From Octopus bimaculoides (lineage: Eukaryota), in assembly GCF_001194135.2 (NCBI RefSeq), contig NC_069003.1, positions 28,844,577-28,908,576 of the forward strand: a stretch of 64,000 nucleotides of DNA, written 5' to 3'. The notes under the pieces were generated by a model, which was not told the origin of the DNA, did not search any database, and saw only the letters and a program-made list of their open reading frames with translations. The position numbers and the translations under genes are program-made. This document shows positions 13,802 through 25,984 of this stretch, in pieces; position 1 is the first letter of the stretch; every line of letters starts with the position of its first letter.

Positions 13802-13812
13802 ACAGATATAGA
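13570..13812. repeat. (CA)n/(TA)n microsatellites
   Basis: Directly visible. Confidence 0.85.
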
Positions 13813-13924
13813 TAGACACTTCGTAAAACATTGTTTTATGTCTATTCTAACTTGTAAAGGGTTATATATTTTTTTTATTAATTGACATACTTATGTTTCA
13901 GATTCTGTATGTGACTGTTTAATC

Positions 13925-14205
13925 ATGCCATGTACAAAAGACGTCTTAGAACTGTCTGAATTTTAAGGAGACCGTGTTGTAGGTCATTCTGAAGTGGATA
14001 CAGTGAGGGTAAAATTGTGCGACCAGATCAACCAGGTCCCTCTGGCAGGACCTTTCTCTTTATTAAGAGAAGGGTGGAAGATAATACCCGTTGCAAGGCC
14101 TCTGACTTAGCAGAACAAATTGATGTCAATCCCAAAACAGCTGTCAGGTATCTCCACAAAGTTGGTTGCTATGGCAGAACAGCAAGAAGGATGCGACTTC
14201 TTGTT
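13925..14205 (+). pseudogene. Tc1-like transposase N-terminal remnant
   Basis: ATG at 13925: MPCTKDVLELSEF*GDRVVGH, then frameshifted IKRRVEDNTRCKASDLAEQIDVNPKTAVRYLHKVGCYGRTARRMRLL (HTH plus GR.ARKKPLL-like motif). Confidence 0.7.
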
Positions 14206-14519
14206 ATACTGAGATTGTATACATGCATGTATACAATTAATTATTTACAATACGAATGCATGTATACAATTCTTTCTTCACAATTCTTTCGTGCATAGGT
14301 GAGTTACATAAGATATATATATATATATAAAGTTATGAAAATTTAAATAATGTGCGTTAATTAGTTTTGCTGTCATGGCGTTGACAAATTATTGTGTCTT
14401 ATTCAAAATGCAATTATTTACAAGTATTATGCAAAATTCATGTTTGTTTATTTACGCAGTTGAATGTTTGTCATATATTGTGGTCCATACGTTGGTGTAT
14501 TTATGATATTCTTACCAAA

Positions 14520-15330
14520 AATTAAATTGAAGCTCTAATGAGTAATTAAATGAACAAAGACTCAAATGATTGATTTTTACAATACTCTGAAGAAAAATCG
14601 TCTCGCAAAGAATCTGGTGTAACGGCTAGGGTCTGCTAAAATATCTACTAAAAACAATAAATGTTTATCAGAAAGAACTATAAAACTTGGCTAATGTTTC
14701 CAAGGAATTCAACAAATAAATGTAAAACTAAAACAATCATTTATGAAGAGAATATAGAGAGAAGACAAATTATTACCAAAAAAGATGAACGCTAAATTTA
14801 AAGTTGAATACAAAAGGCCATATTAAAAAGATACTAACAGAAGCCGTTACATTTCCAACACCTGATAATATTGCACTAAACAAAAGTAGATAGATAAAAA
14901 CATGATATTACTGAGAACTGATGGACTCAAAGCTAAAATCTAAAGGCTTTTATTGTGGTAGCAGATCAAAGCCATGCTCGCAGAAAATTGTGGAACCATA
15001 TTATGAATCAGAATACAAACTTGTAAATGTGACTGCAGAATTTGTAGAGATGTCTTTTAAACAAAAAAATGCATAGTTTCTGGGAGCTTAGGTTTTACCA
15101 AATGGGAATATACATTCATAACAGATATAGATTTATCATAACATAGAAACGATTCTAAAATTATAGAATACATAAATAATGGTATACCAACTGACACCGG
15201 AAATCTAGTTTGGAAATCTTGGCATGATAATAGCCTATATGAACATGTTACCATTTCAAAGTAGTTTTTCATAGCCTGGGAATGGAAATATCCCAAACCA
15301 AGAGAGATGAATCAAATCGTTCATATTTTA
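14520..15330 (+). mobile_element. Decayed R4/Dong-like (RLE) non-LTR retrotransposon fragment
   Basis: GLKA..GFIV.ADQS (14923-14972), then in-frame CRICRDVF*TKKCIVSGSLGFTKWEY (15034-15111), matching the LKAETEGFI.AAQDQ...CR.C..ETI.HIVSGC..LA..EY zinc-knuckle region as recalled. Confidence 0.7.
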
Positions 15331-15724
15331 CTGTTATATGAATTATATATGCATGAATATTAAAGAAATTTAAGAGAAAGGAAAAAGGGGCAATGACGAT
15401 ATCATGCTGAAACAGTTTATTAACTTGCATTTTTCCCGTATCCATAAACTTTGAGACAGTCATTTCTATAAATTTATTTGAATCCCAAAACACTGTTCGT
15501 TCAATCGAATACATGTTGTACGTTTTAACCGGTCACCATATGTCTATCTCCAATTATTTACCATCTTAATAATACGGACAACAGTTGTAGGTAGCATTTT
15601 GTTGAACGTCATCCTATAACGAAGCAACATCTGATCAAATGCGTCATCAACACGTTTTCTTTTTCGGGCATAATACTGTAAGTAGGACTATAATTGCAGA
15701 AATAATGCTTTTTACTAAAGACAC

Positions 15725-16107
15725 AAGGATTGAATTTTGGGGGATGGGGCGGGGAGACGATTTCATCTCAATGATACTTAATTTATCGACCTCAAAATGG
15801 ATGACAGGCAAAATCAATCTCGGCGGAATTTGAACTCAAACTGTAGCGACCGGTGAAATATCGCTGAGCATTTCGCCTTGCGTGCTGACGATTCTTTGCT
15901 ACTCTAGGTACAAGGCCCGAAATTTTGGGAGAGGGGGCTAGTCGATTAAATCGACTCCAGTTCACAACTGGTACTTAATTTAACGACCCCGAGAAGATGA
16001 AAGGCAAAGTCGACCTCGGCAGAATTTGAAGTCAAAACTTAAAGACAGACGACATACAGCTAATCATTTCGCCCCACGTGCTAACGTTTCTACCAGCTCA
16101 CCGCCTT
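15725..16107 (-). mobile_element. Two head-to-tail SINE family A copies
   Basis: Copies at 15725-15900 and 15901-16107; both contain gatga.aggcaaa.tc.a.ctcggc.gaatttgaa. Confidence 0.8.
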
Positions 16108-16549
16108 ACACATTTCAGTAACAATACCGAAATAATACTGTAGAGCAGATTAAATGTCCAGTTGTAGGGTTAATGTATTACAAGAGAGACGAGGACTTGA
16201 GGTATATCCACTAGGATGTACAATCACTTGGGGTTAAATATAATCGTAGATTAACAATACTGTTGTTGATTCCCCAGAATTATGATTAGGGGTATTCAAT
16301 TGTATTCAAACAATAGTCCTTTCGTTTTTCAACCCCTATCACAAACACTCTCGCCAAAGAAACACAGACATAAACATAAAAATGTGTGTGCTTTTCTGTA
16401 CTTCATATTTTATTTAAGATTTGACATATCTGTAATTATTCTTTAAAGCGAGTGTTGAAAGAGAATTGTCTAATTTCCTATAGCGTGACCGACCATTGAC
16501 TCGCAATTGAAATAGTAACATAGTAACTAAGAACTGAACACGCACATGT

Positions 16550-16809
16550 CTACCCAAACAGATACACACACACATACACACTTACATACATATATATATA
16601 CATACAGCACTATATTTATGTATATATTTATATGTTTATGCATATCTATCTGTATATCAATCTATCTATCTATTTATCTTTCTCCCCCTCGCTCTCTCTC
16701 TCCCTCCCTCCCTCTCTCTCTCTGTATGTATATATATATACGCATAAATATGTGTATATATATTCCTTTTCGAAATATACATACATATATATTTATACAT
16801 ATATATATG

Positions 16810-16843
<34 letters not shown>
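16550..16843. repeat. Compound microsatellite running into a gap
   Basis: Directly visible. Confidence 0.9.
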
Positions 16844-17114
16844 NNNNNNNNNNNNNNNNNNNNNNNNNNNNNNNNNNNNNNNNNNNNNNNNNNNNNNNNN
16901 NNNNNNNNNNNNNNNNNNNNNNNNNNNNNNNNNNNNNNNNNNNNNNNNNNNNNNNNNNNNNNNNNNNNNNNNNNNNNNNNNNNNNNNNNNNNNNNNNNNN
17001 NNNNNNNNNNNNNNNNNNNNNNNNNNNNNNNNNNNNNNNNNNNNNNNNNNNNNNNNNNNNNNNNNNNNNNNNNNNNNNNNNNNNNNNNNNNNNNNNNNNN
17101 NNTATATATATATA

Positions 17115-17246
17115 TACGAGGCGAGGCGTGTATGAAAAGTCTTGAACCTCAAGAAAGCAAAACATGGTACAAGACTTTTGATGAAGGTACAAGACTTCAA
17201 GGTTCAAACGCCTTGAAGGCTCAAAACTTTTCATACACCTCTAGTA
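17115..17246. mobile_element. Short mariner-type MITE (~130 bp)
   Basis: TIRs tacgag(gcgag)gcgtgtatgaaaagtcttgaacct and aggctcaaaacttttcatacacctctagta; TA termini. Confidence 0.75.
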
Positions 17247-17698
17247 TTTATATATATTTGAAAAAAGAAAACGAATGACTTCACTGGTAGTTCTAATCAT
17301 TTTAATTTATTATTCTTTTATTTTCTAATAATATAAATCTTACACTTTAGTCCGTAGATCTAGTAAGCTCCTCGTTAACTTGGGTGGGAAGATTTAAAAA
17401 TAAAAATTCTTCTTAACTTTTCTGAAGAATTTTTGTCGCATTCGTTGTCAAGGTTTAGTAGCAGAGCATTTGTCACGAGCAATTTAAGGTCATCATTTTA
17501 TGATGTACTTATGATGTAAATATTGGTATTCTATGTAGCTGTGTCAATAAATGAAATATTATAGTAGCACGCTTAATATTTAGGTTTTCCCAAAGTAGTA
17601 CAACATGAACAAACAATTTCACATTAGGCTGCATACTTGGCTTGAATGCTTGGAGGAGAGTGGAATTCACTGAAGTCAGAATAGAGCAGGGTTTAAAA

Positions 17699-17914
17699 GG
17701 CGGCGAACGGGCAGTAACGTTAGCACGCCGGGCGAAATACTTAGCGGTATTTCGTCAGACTTTACGTTCTGAGTTCAAATTCCCGCGAGGTCGACTTTGC
17801 CTTTCGTTCTTTCGGGGTCGATGAATTTAGTACCATTTGCATACTAGGGTCGATCTCATCAACTGGCCCCCTTCCACAAAATGTTGGGCCTTGTGCCTAG
17901 AGTAGAAAAGAATA
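17699..17914 (+). mobile_element. Full-length SINE family A
   Basis: ggcggcgaacgggcag...gagttcaaattcc...gtcgactttgccttt...ggccttgtgcctagagtagaaaagaa; possible decayed TSD gaatagagcagggtttaaa / gaatagaactgggataaa. Confidence 0.9.
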
Positions 17915-19259
17915 GAACTGGGATAAAGGACCTTGTTAAATCAAGTGGCATGGAACTAGAAAGGAAAGAAGGATACTGTCAAATATCCATAATCAAGTCA
18001 GTGTAGGATAAAGGATTCTACTCGATAACTCGGCGTGCTAGAAATAACAATTACATAACAGAAAGCAAGATTTTACTCTCTTATAAAAATGATGGAACAC
18101 ACGTTGAATAACGTAGCTATTGTTACATTGTAGAAAAGTAAATTAGGGAATGTCTATGATTGGAGAGATCTGATCATTCGTGTACTTGACTAGACTAGAT
18201 ATAGAATTAATAATAACAAACAATAACAACTAAAAAAGAAGGGCAACAATAGCAACATCTAAAATCTGCGTTGAAATGTAAGATGCCTTAAGATATAAAC
18301 GCTCTATTATGGTTAAATCCAGGAAACCCGCAGATTGTCTGCATCGGCAAGAATTAATCAATAGGAAAATTCATAGAAAAAGATCGATAAGTTTAATTAA
18401 CATGTGGAGAGAAAGGGTGGTGAGTAATAGCACAGTAAATTTACTTCATCCGATAATGGTTGTTCTCTTTTCTTCGATCTTGAACGAACAAAAGACAAAT
18501 ATATCGGTGTTTCTATTTTTATTACGTCTGAAGATAGCTCAAGTAAATACGGTGATATCTGGATCGGCATTATTTCTTAGTCATATTAACCACACCCTAT
18601 TGATATTCATAGTATATCACAATAAAAGATGTATAATTATTAATTTCAAATACATTGGCACGAAATTGAAGAAATAATTAGATTTTACAGCTAACAATAT
18701 TACGAGGTTAAATGAAGCGATTAATTACAGACGTTCATTACCAGATAGTTATTGATGTATTTCTGTATCTTTTTGGGATTTCTTTTCAAGAAAAGAAAAT
18801 CAGCACTTTTCATACTTCGTCTTCTTTTATATTGAACAATAATTTCTGAGGAATGGTTATAATCGATTGTAATACAACCGACAGCGTTTCAGAATGAAAC
18901 AAAGCTTAATCTTTTATCGTATCTATAATCTTGCTTCTCTATGCAAAAAAAAAAAAAAAAAAAAAATGCTATCCACTTTATGCTATATAAACAAGGGTGT
19001 CTGACTAAAGACATAATGTGTGCATGTACGTCTGTGTGACTGTGATAGAAGGGAGTTGGTGAGTTTAGGGAAGTTTGTATACGTTCAAGTAGAGAAAAAC
19101 TGATATTTGTCTTCGAGAAATTGAATGCCAAGAAATATTCTGCCGTCATATCTTGCAAATTTTGCCAAACTTATGTTCTTGGTTTGGTAAAAGTTCATAC
19201 CGATTTAACGTCGATGGAAGCATATGATACGCACGCACACAGACACACACACACACACT

Positions 19260-19298
<39 letters not shown>

Positions 19299-20976
19299 GT
19301 ATATATATATNNNNNNNNNNNNNNNNNNNNNNNNNNNNNNNNNNNNNNNNNNNNNNNNNNNNNNNNNNNNNNNNNNNNNNNNNNNNNNNNNNNNNNNNNN
19401 NNNNNNNNNNNNNNNNNNNNNNNNNNNNNNNNNNNNNNNNNNNNNNNNNNNNNNNNNNNNNNNNNNNNNNNNNNNNNNNNNNNNNNNNNNNNNNNNNNNN
19501 NNNNNNNNNNNNNNNNNNNNNNNNNNNNNNNNNNNNNNNNNNNNNNNNNNNNNNNNNNNNNNNNNNNNNNNNNNNNNNNNNNNNNNNNNNNNNNNNNNNN
19601 NNNNNNNNNNNNNNNNNNNNNNNNNNNNNNNNNNNNNNNNNNNNNNNNNNNNNNNNNNNNNNNNNNNNNNNNNNNNNNNNNNNNNNNNNNNNNNNNNNNN
19701 NNNNNNNNNNNNNNNNNNNNNNNNNNNNNNNNNNNNNNNNNNNNNNNNNNNNNNNNNNNNNNNNNNNNNNNNNNNNNNNNNNNNNNNNNNNNNNNNNNNN
19801 NNNNNNNNNNNNNNNNNNNNNNNNNNNNNNNNNNNNNNNNNNNNNNNNNNNNNNNNNNNNNNNNNNNNNNNNNNNNNNNNNNNNNNNNNNNNNNNNNNNN
19901 NNNNNNNNNNNNNNNNNNNNNNNNNNNNNNNNNNNNNNNNNNNNNNNNNNNNNNNNNNNNNNNNNNNNNNNNNNNNNNNNNNNNNNNNNNNNNNNNNNNN
20001 NNNNNNNNTCAAGAACTCATCGATGAAAATCCACTATGATTTTAAGTGAGTTTTTACCTGTAGTTTTGGATTTTGTCCCTAATATTATATATATATATAT
20101 ATATATTATTTATATATATATATATATATACATATGAGCGAATAATTTGATAATGGAACGGACGTTTCCGCACAAACAGAACAGAGGAAAGAAAAATATC
20201 CTACCCGACTGAAGGTCTCACGCAGAGAAGCAAACATCAGTACTGGTGTACAGTATAACGCTAACACTCGATTTATGCTGTGCCGTCACATGTCTAAGTG
20301 AGAGACAGACGCAGGCTTATATCTCTTCCAATCCGATATCAAAAACCAAAACAGCAGAAGAAATCTCTACCTCTCTGGGCGATATTATTTTAATCATAGG
20401 GCACCCGGATATGTTCTAGTAGTTGTGGTGTCCACATATATTTTGTCTGTTTCCCAATCCCTCCACATTATTTCACTCCTTTCATGACTTTAATTCGTGT
20501 ATAATCATTCATCTATTTCCTTTGAAGGTCCTCCGTCTGGAAGTAATTAATTAATTCTTTCTACCTTATGTTCACTGAATGCACACCTTTGTGTTGGACT
20601 GTCACTTAATATTCTTTCCAAACATAAAAAAAAAGAGAGAAACGTCATTTTCGTCATGCCTCTTGTGGACTCGTTGCAAAATTATTTTCGTATTCTACCT
20701 ATATTCTCTTATATGTGATTTTCGTCTTGTCTCTTCATGATACCTTAAGCACACTGCATCACGATTCGTTGTACTTATATTGCGTTATTGCTATACTGTC
20801 GATAAATTTTATGTAACTGAATCACGCATTCCTGTGATTAATGTACTGAAACTGCGAAAGTTCAGTCAAATGGAGGAGAGGAGAGGTTATTTTTATAATA
20901 TATATGTATGTATGTGTGTGTGTGTGTCTGCGTGTATGTTTATCTGTATGTATGTATGTATGTATGTATGTATACA

Positions 20977-21210
20977 ATCAGCATATACGTATATCGCAAG
21001 CCGACCTTCACTGGACGATATCTCAACTTCAATTCCTACCATCCATACATTATAAAGAGAAGGATTGTTCAGTGCCTCAAACATCGAGCAGAGAATATAA
21101 GTAGCGGTCGTAATACACACCACGAAGAAATGATGAAGCTCAGTAACAATCTATTAAGCAACAACTACCCCCCAAAAATACTATCCACCACTGGAAAATA
21201 CGAAAACTAA
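20977..21210 (+). mobile_element. Penelope-like element RT C-terminal remnant
   Basis: ISIYVYRKPTFTGRYLNFNSYHPYIIKRRIVQCLKHRAENIS...EEMMKLSNNLLSNNYP matches the PLE motif VYRKPTHT.RYLNF.S.HP...K...L..RA...NGYP. Confidence 0.85.
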
Positions 21211-21337
21211 AAGAAGCAGCACACATGCCAGGATACAACAACCTCCAAACAGACTAAGTGCAGATATGAGTAGCATATGGGACGGATAGCATAATATTAG
21301 ATCTATAAGCTCTAAAATTCACTCCATAATTACGCAC

Positions 21338-21382
21338 GGGCATATGGCGTAGTGGTTAATAGCATGGGCTACTAACCCCGAG

Positions 21383-21384
<2 letters not shown>
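21338..21384 (+). mobile_element. tRNA-like SINE head, truncated by (AAT)n
   Basis: gggcatatggcgtagtggttaatagcatgggctactaacccc: A-box, D-arm and anticodon-arm-like sequence; no T-arm or B-box. Confidence 0.55.
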
Positions 21385-21443
<59 letters not shown>

Positions 21444-21450
21444 TGATAAT
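21385..21450. repeat. (AAT)n microsatellite
   Basis: Directly visible. Confidence 0.95.
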
Positions 21451-22054
21451 AAACCCCTCTGCAATACAGATCGAGGAAATCTGGATTGCCTAAGAGTAAC
21501 AACCATTTCAAGAAAAACAAAACAGTACGAGCAAACATCACAGCTAATTACTAAAAGCCGTCTTCCATTTTTAACGGGCGTTGTCCGTTCCTAAAAGGCG
21601 TCGTTAATTTGGTGGGTGACTGCCATTAAATCTAATGTGAGTACATTATAAGATATCCTGACATAGCAATTAGCGGAAACGTAGTTAACATCTGCAGTTC
21701 AATAATCTCCGACAATTACGCAGGAACATTTCCTATGCATCCACGCTGCATGAAGGATATACAATTATGTCGAGGTTCACCTACATAATGCAAGGAATTA
21801 AATGTAATTTTAATGAATAAAAGAAAAAACATTGGATAAGTACTATTAAGATAATATAGATGATTGAGGCTTAAGTATAACAATTATGTTAGTGGTTCTT
21901 TAACTATAAAGATCAAAGAAATTATTTCATGTTATCTTCATGTTCTTTTGTGGTCAATTTGAACATAAGTATTAATACAATTAAATCACATTTTAGATGA
22001 AAAGAAATAATAAGGTAATGAAAATCGGAGACCTTTAATCTCCATGTCTCAATA

Positions 22055-22143
22055 TATCATCATCATCATCATCATCATTTTCTTCTTCTTCTTCTTCTTC
22101 TTGTGGTTGTTGTTGTTGTTCTTGTTTTTGTTGTTATTATTGA
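22055..22143. repeat. (CAT)/(TTC)/(TTG)n compound repeat
   Basis: Directly visible. Confidence 0.9.
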
Positions 22144-22376
22144 GGCGGCGGGTTGTCAGAATCGTTAGTACGCCGAAAGTAAGGCTTAGTGTTTATTTCG
22201 ACCGTCTTCATGCTCTGAGTTTAAATTCCACCGAGATCGACTTTGCCTTTCAACCCCCCTCGTTGTCGATAAAATAAGGATGAACGGCAAAGTTGACATC
22301 GGCGGAGTTTGAACTCAGAACGTAAAGACGGACGAAATGACCAGCGTGCCAAAGGTTCTGCCTGCTCACCGCCTTA
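22144..22376. mobile_element. Inverted pair of SINE family A 5' halves (+ 22144-22278, - 22277-22376)
   Basis: ggcggcgggttgtcagaatcgttag...gatcgactttgccttt followed directly by ggatgaacggcaaagttgacatcggcggagtttgaactcagaacg...ctcaccgcc. Confidence 0.85.
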
Positions 22377-22447
22377 TGCTAATTTAAGAACATCAAATGT
22401 CTAAATGTATATCACGAAGATTGATTCAGCTTTTCTTCTTGCAATAC

Positions 22448-22712
22448 CATGAGCGAATTTCTTGCTGTATGTTTGTGTTAAATTAATCAATTATATTCTA
22501 AAGAAATCCGAATCCTTACAAGTATCTCCAGTGTACGCACAAGCAAACCATTCAATTGTAGAAAGCTCTTACATTCTACCACGTCAGGAGCATACAAAGC
22601 CAATGTAAATGTATTTTGGCTTGAACTGAAAGCCCTATCTCCAAAGCTGATTAACGAAACGTTGCTTTTGACTTATATCGTTCATCAATTCGTGTGCTAT
22701 ATCTCGTGATGT
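22448..22712. repeat. Unclassified duplicated segment, copy 1
   Basis: Aligns to 23579-23835; the 165-nt core is gapless with 32 substitutions by manual count. Confidence 0.9.
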
Positions 22713-22804
22713 GATTGTGATACAATATATTAGCAAAGGTTTTGTATTTATACTTCTCATTGTAAGAATACTGTCAAGTACACACGGGCGCACACACACA
22801 CATG

Positions 22805-22853
<49 letters not shown>

Positions 22854-23578
22854 NNNNNNNNNNNNNNNNNNNNNNNNNNNNNNNNNNNNNNNNNNNNNNN
22901 NNNNNNNNNNNNNNNNNNNNNNNNNNNNNNNNNNNNNNNNNNNNNNNNNNNNNNNNNNNNNNNATATATATAAAACAAAATAAACAACACGGATTTTAGA
23001 GATGATTGCATTACGCACGTTTCATGCTACTCCATTTATTTATGTAATGCGAGCATTACATTAAATGCAATATGTAGAGCAATCTTCAGTTGCACAGAAA
23101 TGTAGAAAATTACAGTAGAATAGACATGTTATAATTGTGGCAACATTTAAAATCCAAGTGGGATTTTTTGATCACCTTGCTTTTAGAATGGTTTTTGGAT
23201 AATACCATGCTATATTCTGGTGCCTAAACATAAGTACCATATTCAATTTTGAATCTAGATCTAAATATATATTTATATACAGTCACATATATAGAAATAT
23301 GTCTGTGCGTATGTGAATACTATACAAATGTGTGTCTATATGTGTAGGCATATACACAAGTTATGTGCGTGTGGCTTACCACCGTAGAAATGTCAATACT
23401 CTATTATCGTTTAGGTTTTGAAGACAGGTGGGAAGCTGGTAGAATCTCTACCATGTTAGACGAAATAAGGAGTGATATTTCTTGCAGTACTTTTTGGTCT
23501 CAGTTAAAATATGAAATGTCTCAATGTAATACTTGTATATCACAACGATAGAGTCGACCCGTACTTTTCACTAGGAGA

Positions 23579-23835
23579 CATGAACGAATTTGTTGCCAAA
23601 TGTTTGTGTTAAATTAATCAACTTTATTCCAGCGTAAAGAAAACTGAACCCTTAGGAGTGTCTCAAGTGTACGCAGAAGCAAAGCAACCAGTTGTAGAAA
23701 GCTCATACATTCGAAAACGCCGGGAGCATACAAACTGAAGGGAAATGCATTTTCACTTGAACTGAAAGCTCTATCGATAAAGCTCATTAACGCAACGTTC
23801 TTTATATATCGCTTATCAGCACTATATCTTGTATG
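23579..23835. repeat. Unclassified duplicated segment, copy 2
   Basis: Aligns to 22448-22712. Confidence 0.9.
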
Positions 23836-23944
23836 TATATATATATATATATATATACGCGCGTAGAGAAGCATAGATACGTGCATGAGTGTGTATGTGA
23901 GTGTACATGTGTAAGCATGTGTGTGTGTGTGTGTTTCCTTGTGT

Positions 23945-24125
23945 GTATATGTGTTTGTCTTTGTTCAGCCATACGCTTGACTTGGTTAGTGTAAGCCCTC
24001 GTAATTCATTTGTTCGGCACAAATGATTGATGGTGTGAGTAGCAAAATTGAAAATCGACTGTACTGAATCCTTCAAAGCGATGCCTCGTCATGGCCGCAG
24101 ACGAAAAACTGAATCACTTATAAGA
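23945..24125 (+). mobile_element. SINE family B 3' half after (TG)n
   Basis: gtttgtc...cgcttgac...gttcggcacaa...ccttcaaagcgatgcctcgtcatggccgcag. Confidence 0.55.
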
Positions 24126-24339
24126 TTATAACCTAAAAGCTAGATATGTCGACAGTATATAATATTATAAGTATCTAAAAGTACACCATATTATACTTTA
24201 ATATATGAAACATAACCGTTGAAATCTAGGAGATTAAGAATGTTATTTATAGGTTAATAGAAATATAAATGGCGCGAAGCATAAGATAAACATTATAACA
24301 TGAAGTAGCTGTGTTACACTTTTGTCTAGACATTCCATC

Positions 24340-24552
24340 AGGATGGAGATCGTGCATGCATATGTATGCGTAAGAAATATATACATACGTACATGCATAT
24401 GTATATACATACGTGCATACATACGTAAGTACATACATACATACATACGTACAGAAGTACATATATGCATACACGAATCTCTAAATATATGTGCACTTAT
24501 ATATACATATATATGCATGTATATGTATGCACCTATATGCATCAATGCATCA

Positions 24553-24623
<71 letters not shown>
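24340..24623. repeat. (TACA)n/(TA)n microsatellite running into a gap
   Basis: Directly visible. Confidence 0.9.
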
Positions 24624-25739
24624 NNNNNNNNNNNNNNNNNNNNNNNNNNNNNNNNNNNNNNNNNNNNNNNNNNNNNNNNNNNNNNNNNNNNNNNNNNNNN
24701 NNNNNNNNNNNNNNNNNNNNNNNNNNNNNNNNNNNNNNNNNNNNNNNNNNNNNNNNNNNNNNNNNNNNNNNNNNNNNNNNNNNNNNNNNNNNNNNNNNNN
24801 NNNNNNNNNNNNNNNNNNNNNNNNNNNNNNNNNNNNNNNNNNNNNNNNNNNNNNNNNNNNNNNNNNNNNNNNNNNNNNNNNNNNNNNNNNNNNNNNNNNN
24901 NNNNNNNNNNNNNNNNNNNNNNNNNNNNNNNNNNNNNNNNNNNNNNNNNNNNNNNNNNNNNNNNNNNNNNNNNNNNNNNNNNNNNNNNNNNNNNNNNNNN
25001 NNNNNNNNNNNNNNNNNNNNNNNNNNNNNNNNNNNNNNNNNNNNNNNNNNNNNNNNNNNNNNNNNNNNNNATATATATATATATATATATACATACATAT
25101 ATGTATATATATATTTATACAAATGTATGTATGCATAGGGAAAAAGAAAAAAAGAGAACGGCTATGTCATGTGGTGTTGAACGAAAATAGATTGGAATTA
25201 TGGAATTAAATGTTAATAAAAATCGAACAGTCAATCAAACAACGTACTTCAAACATAACACTGACAGCAATAAATATATAAGATTTAGTGATAGAAAATA
25301 TTATGTGAGAATCTGTTCATATTATAAAAAAAAAAATTGGAACTTGTTTCATAGTCATTTTATATGTATTTGAAACCAATAATTTATAGATCTGTATAAT
25401 ATATTCGAGAGGTATTGACGATAGGCAAGACCTGCGTGCTAGCTGCTTCAGTGAGCAAAATGTAGGTGATATGTTATCGACTTTTCCGGAAATCGGATAC
25501 TTGAGTATGGGTAATTAAAATAGTAAATATTTAGATATACAGCTGAATATTCATGAGCATAATATAAGAACATCAACCAAGAAACGAATGCAGTAAGTGA
25601 AACAAATTTTGATATATCGGTAATTTTGTACACAACCTACCCATACACACACATAAACACACAGATACACATATATGTGTATATGTGTGTATGCCTGTGT
25701 ATAAACAATAAATTGATAGATCAATATTTGATATATACA

Positions 25740-25852
25740 CTCACGCATATATGTATGAATGTATGTATGTATGCACATATGTATGAATGAATGTACGTAC
25801 GTATATACATGTAAAATTAATAGATCAATAGATCAATATTCTCTCTCTCTCC

Positions 25853-25930
<78 letters not shown>
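25740..25930. repeat. (TATG)n/(TA)n microsatellite
   Basis: Directly visible. Confidence 0.9.
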
Positions 25931-25933
<3 letters not shown>

Positions 25934-25984
25934 GTACGGTAAATTAATATATCCGTATTCTCTCACTGTTTTTCTGCTCACAAT

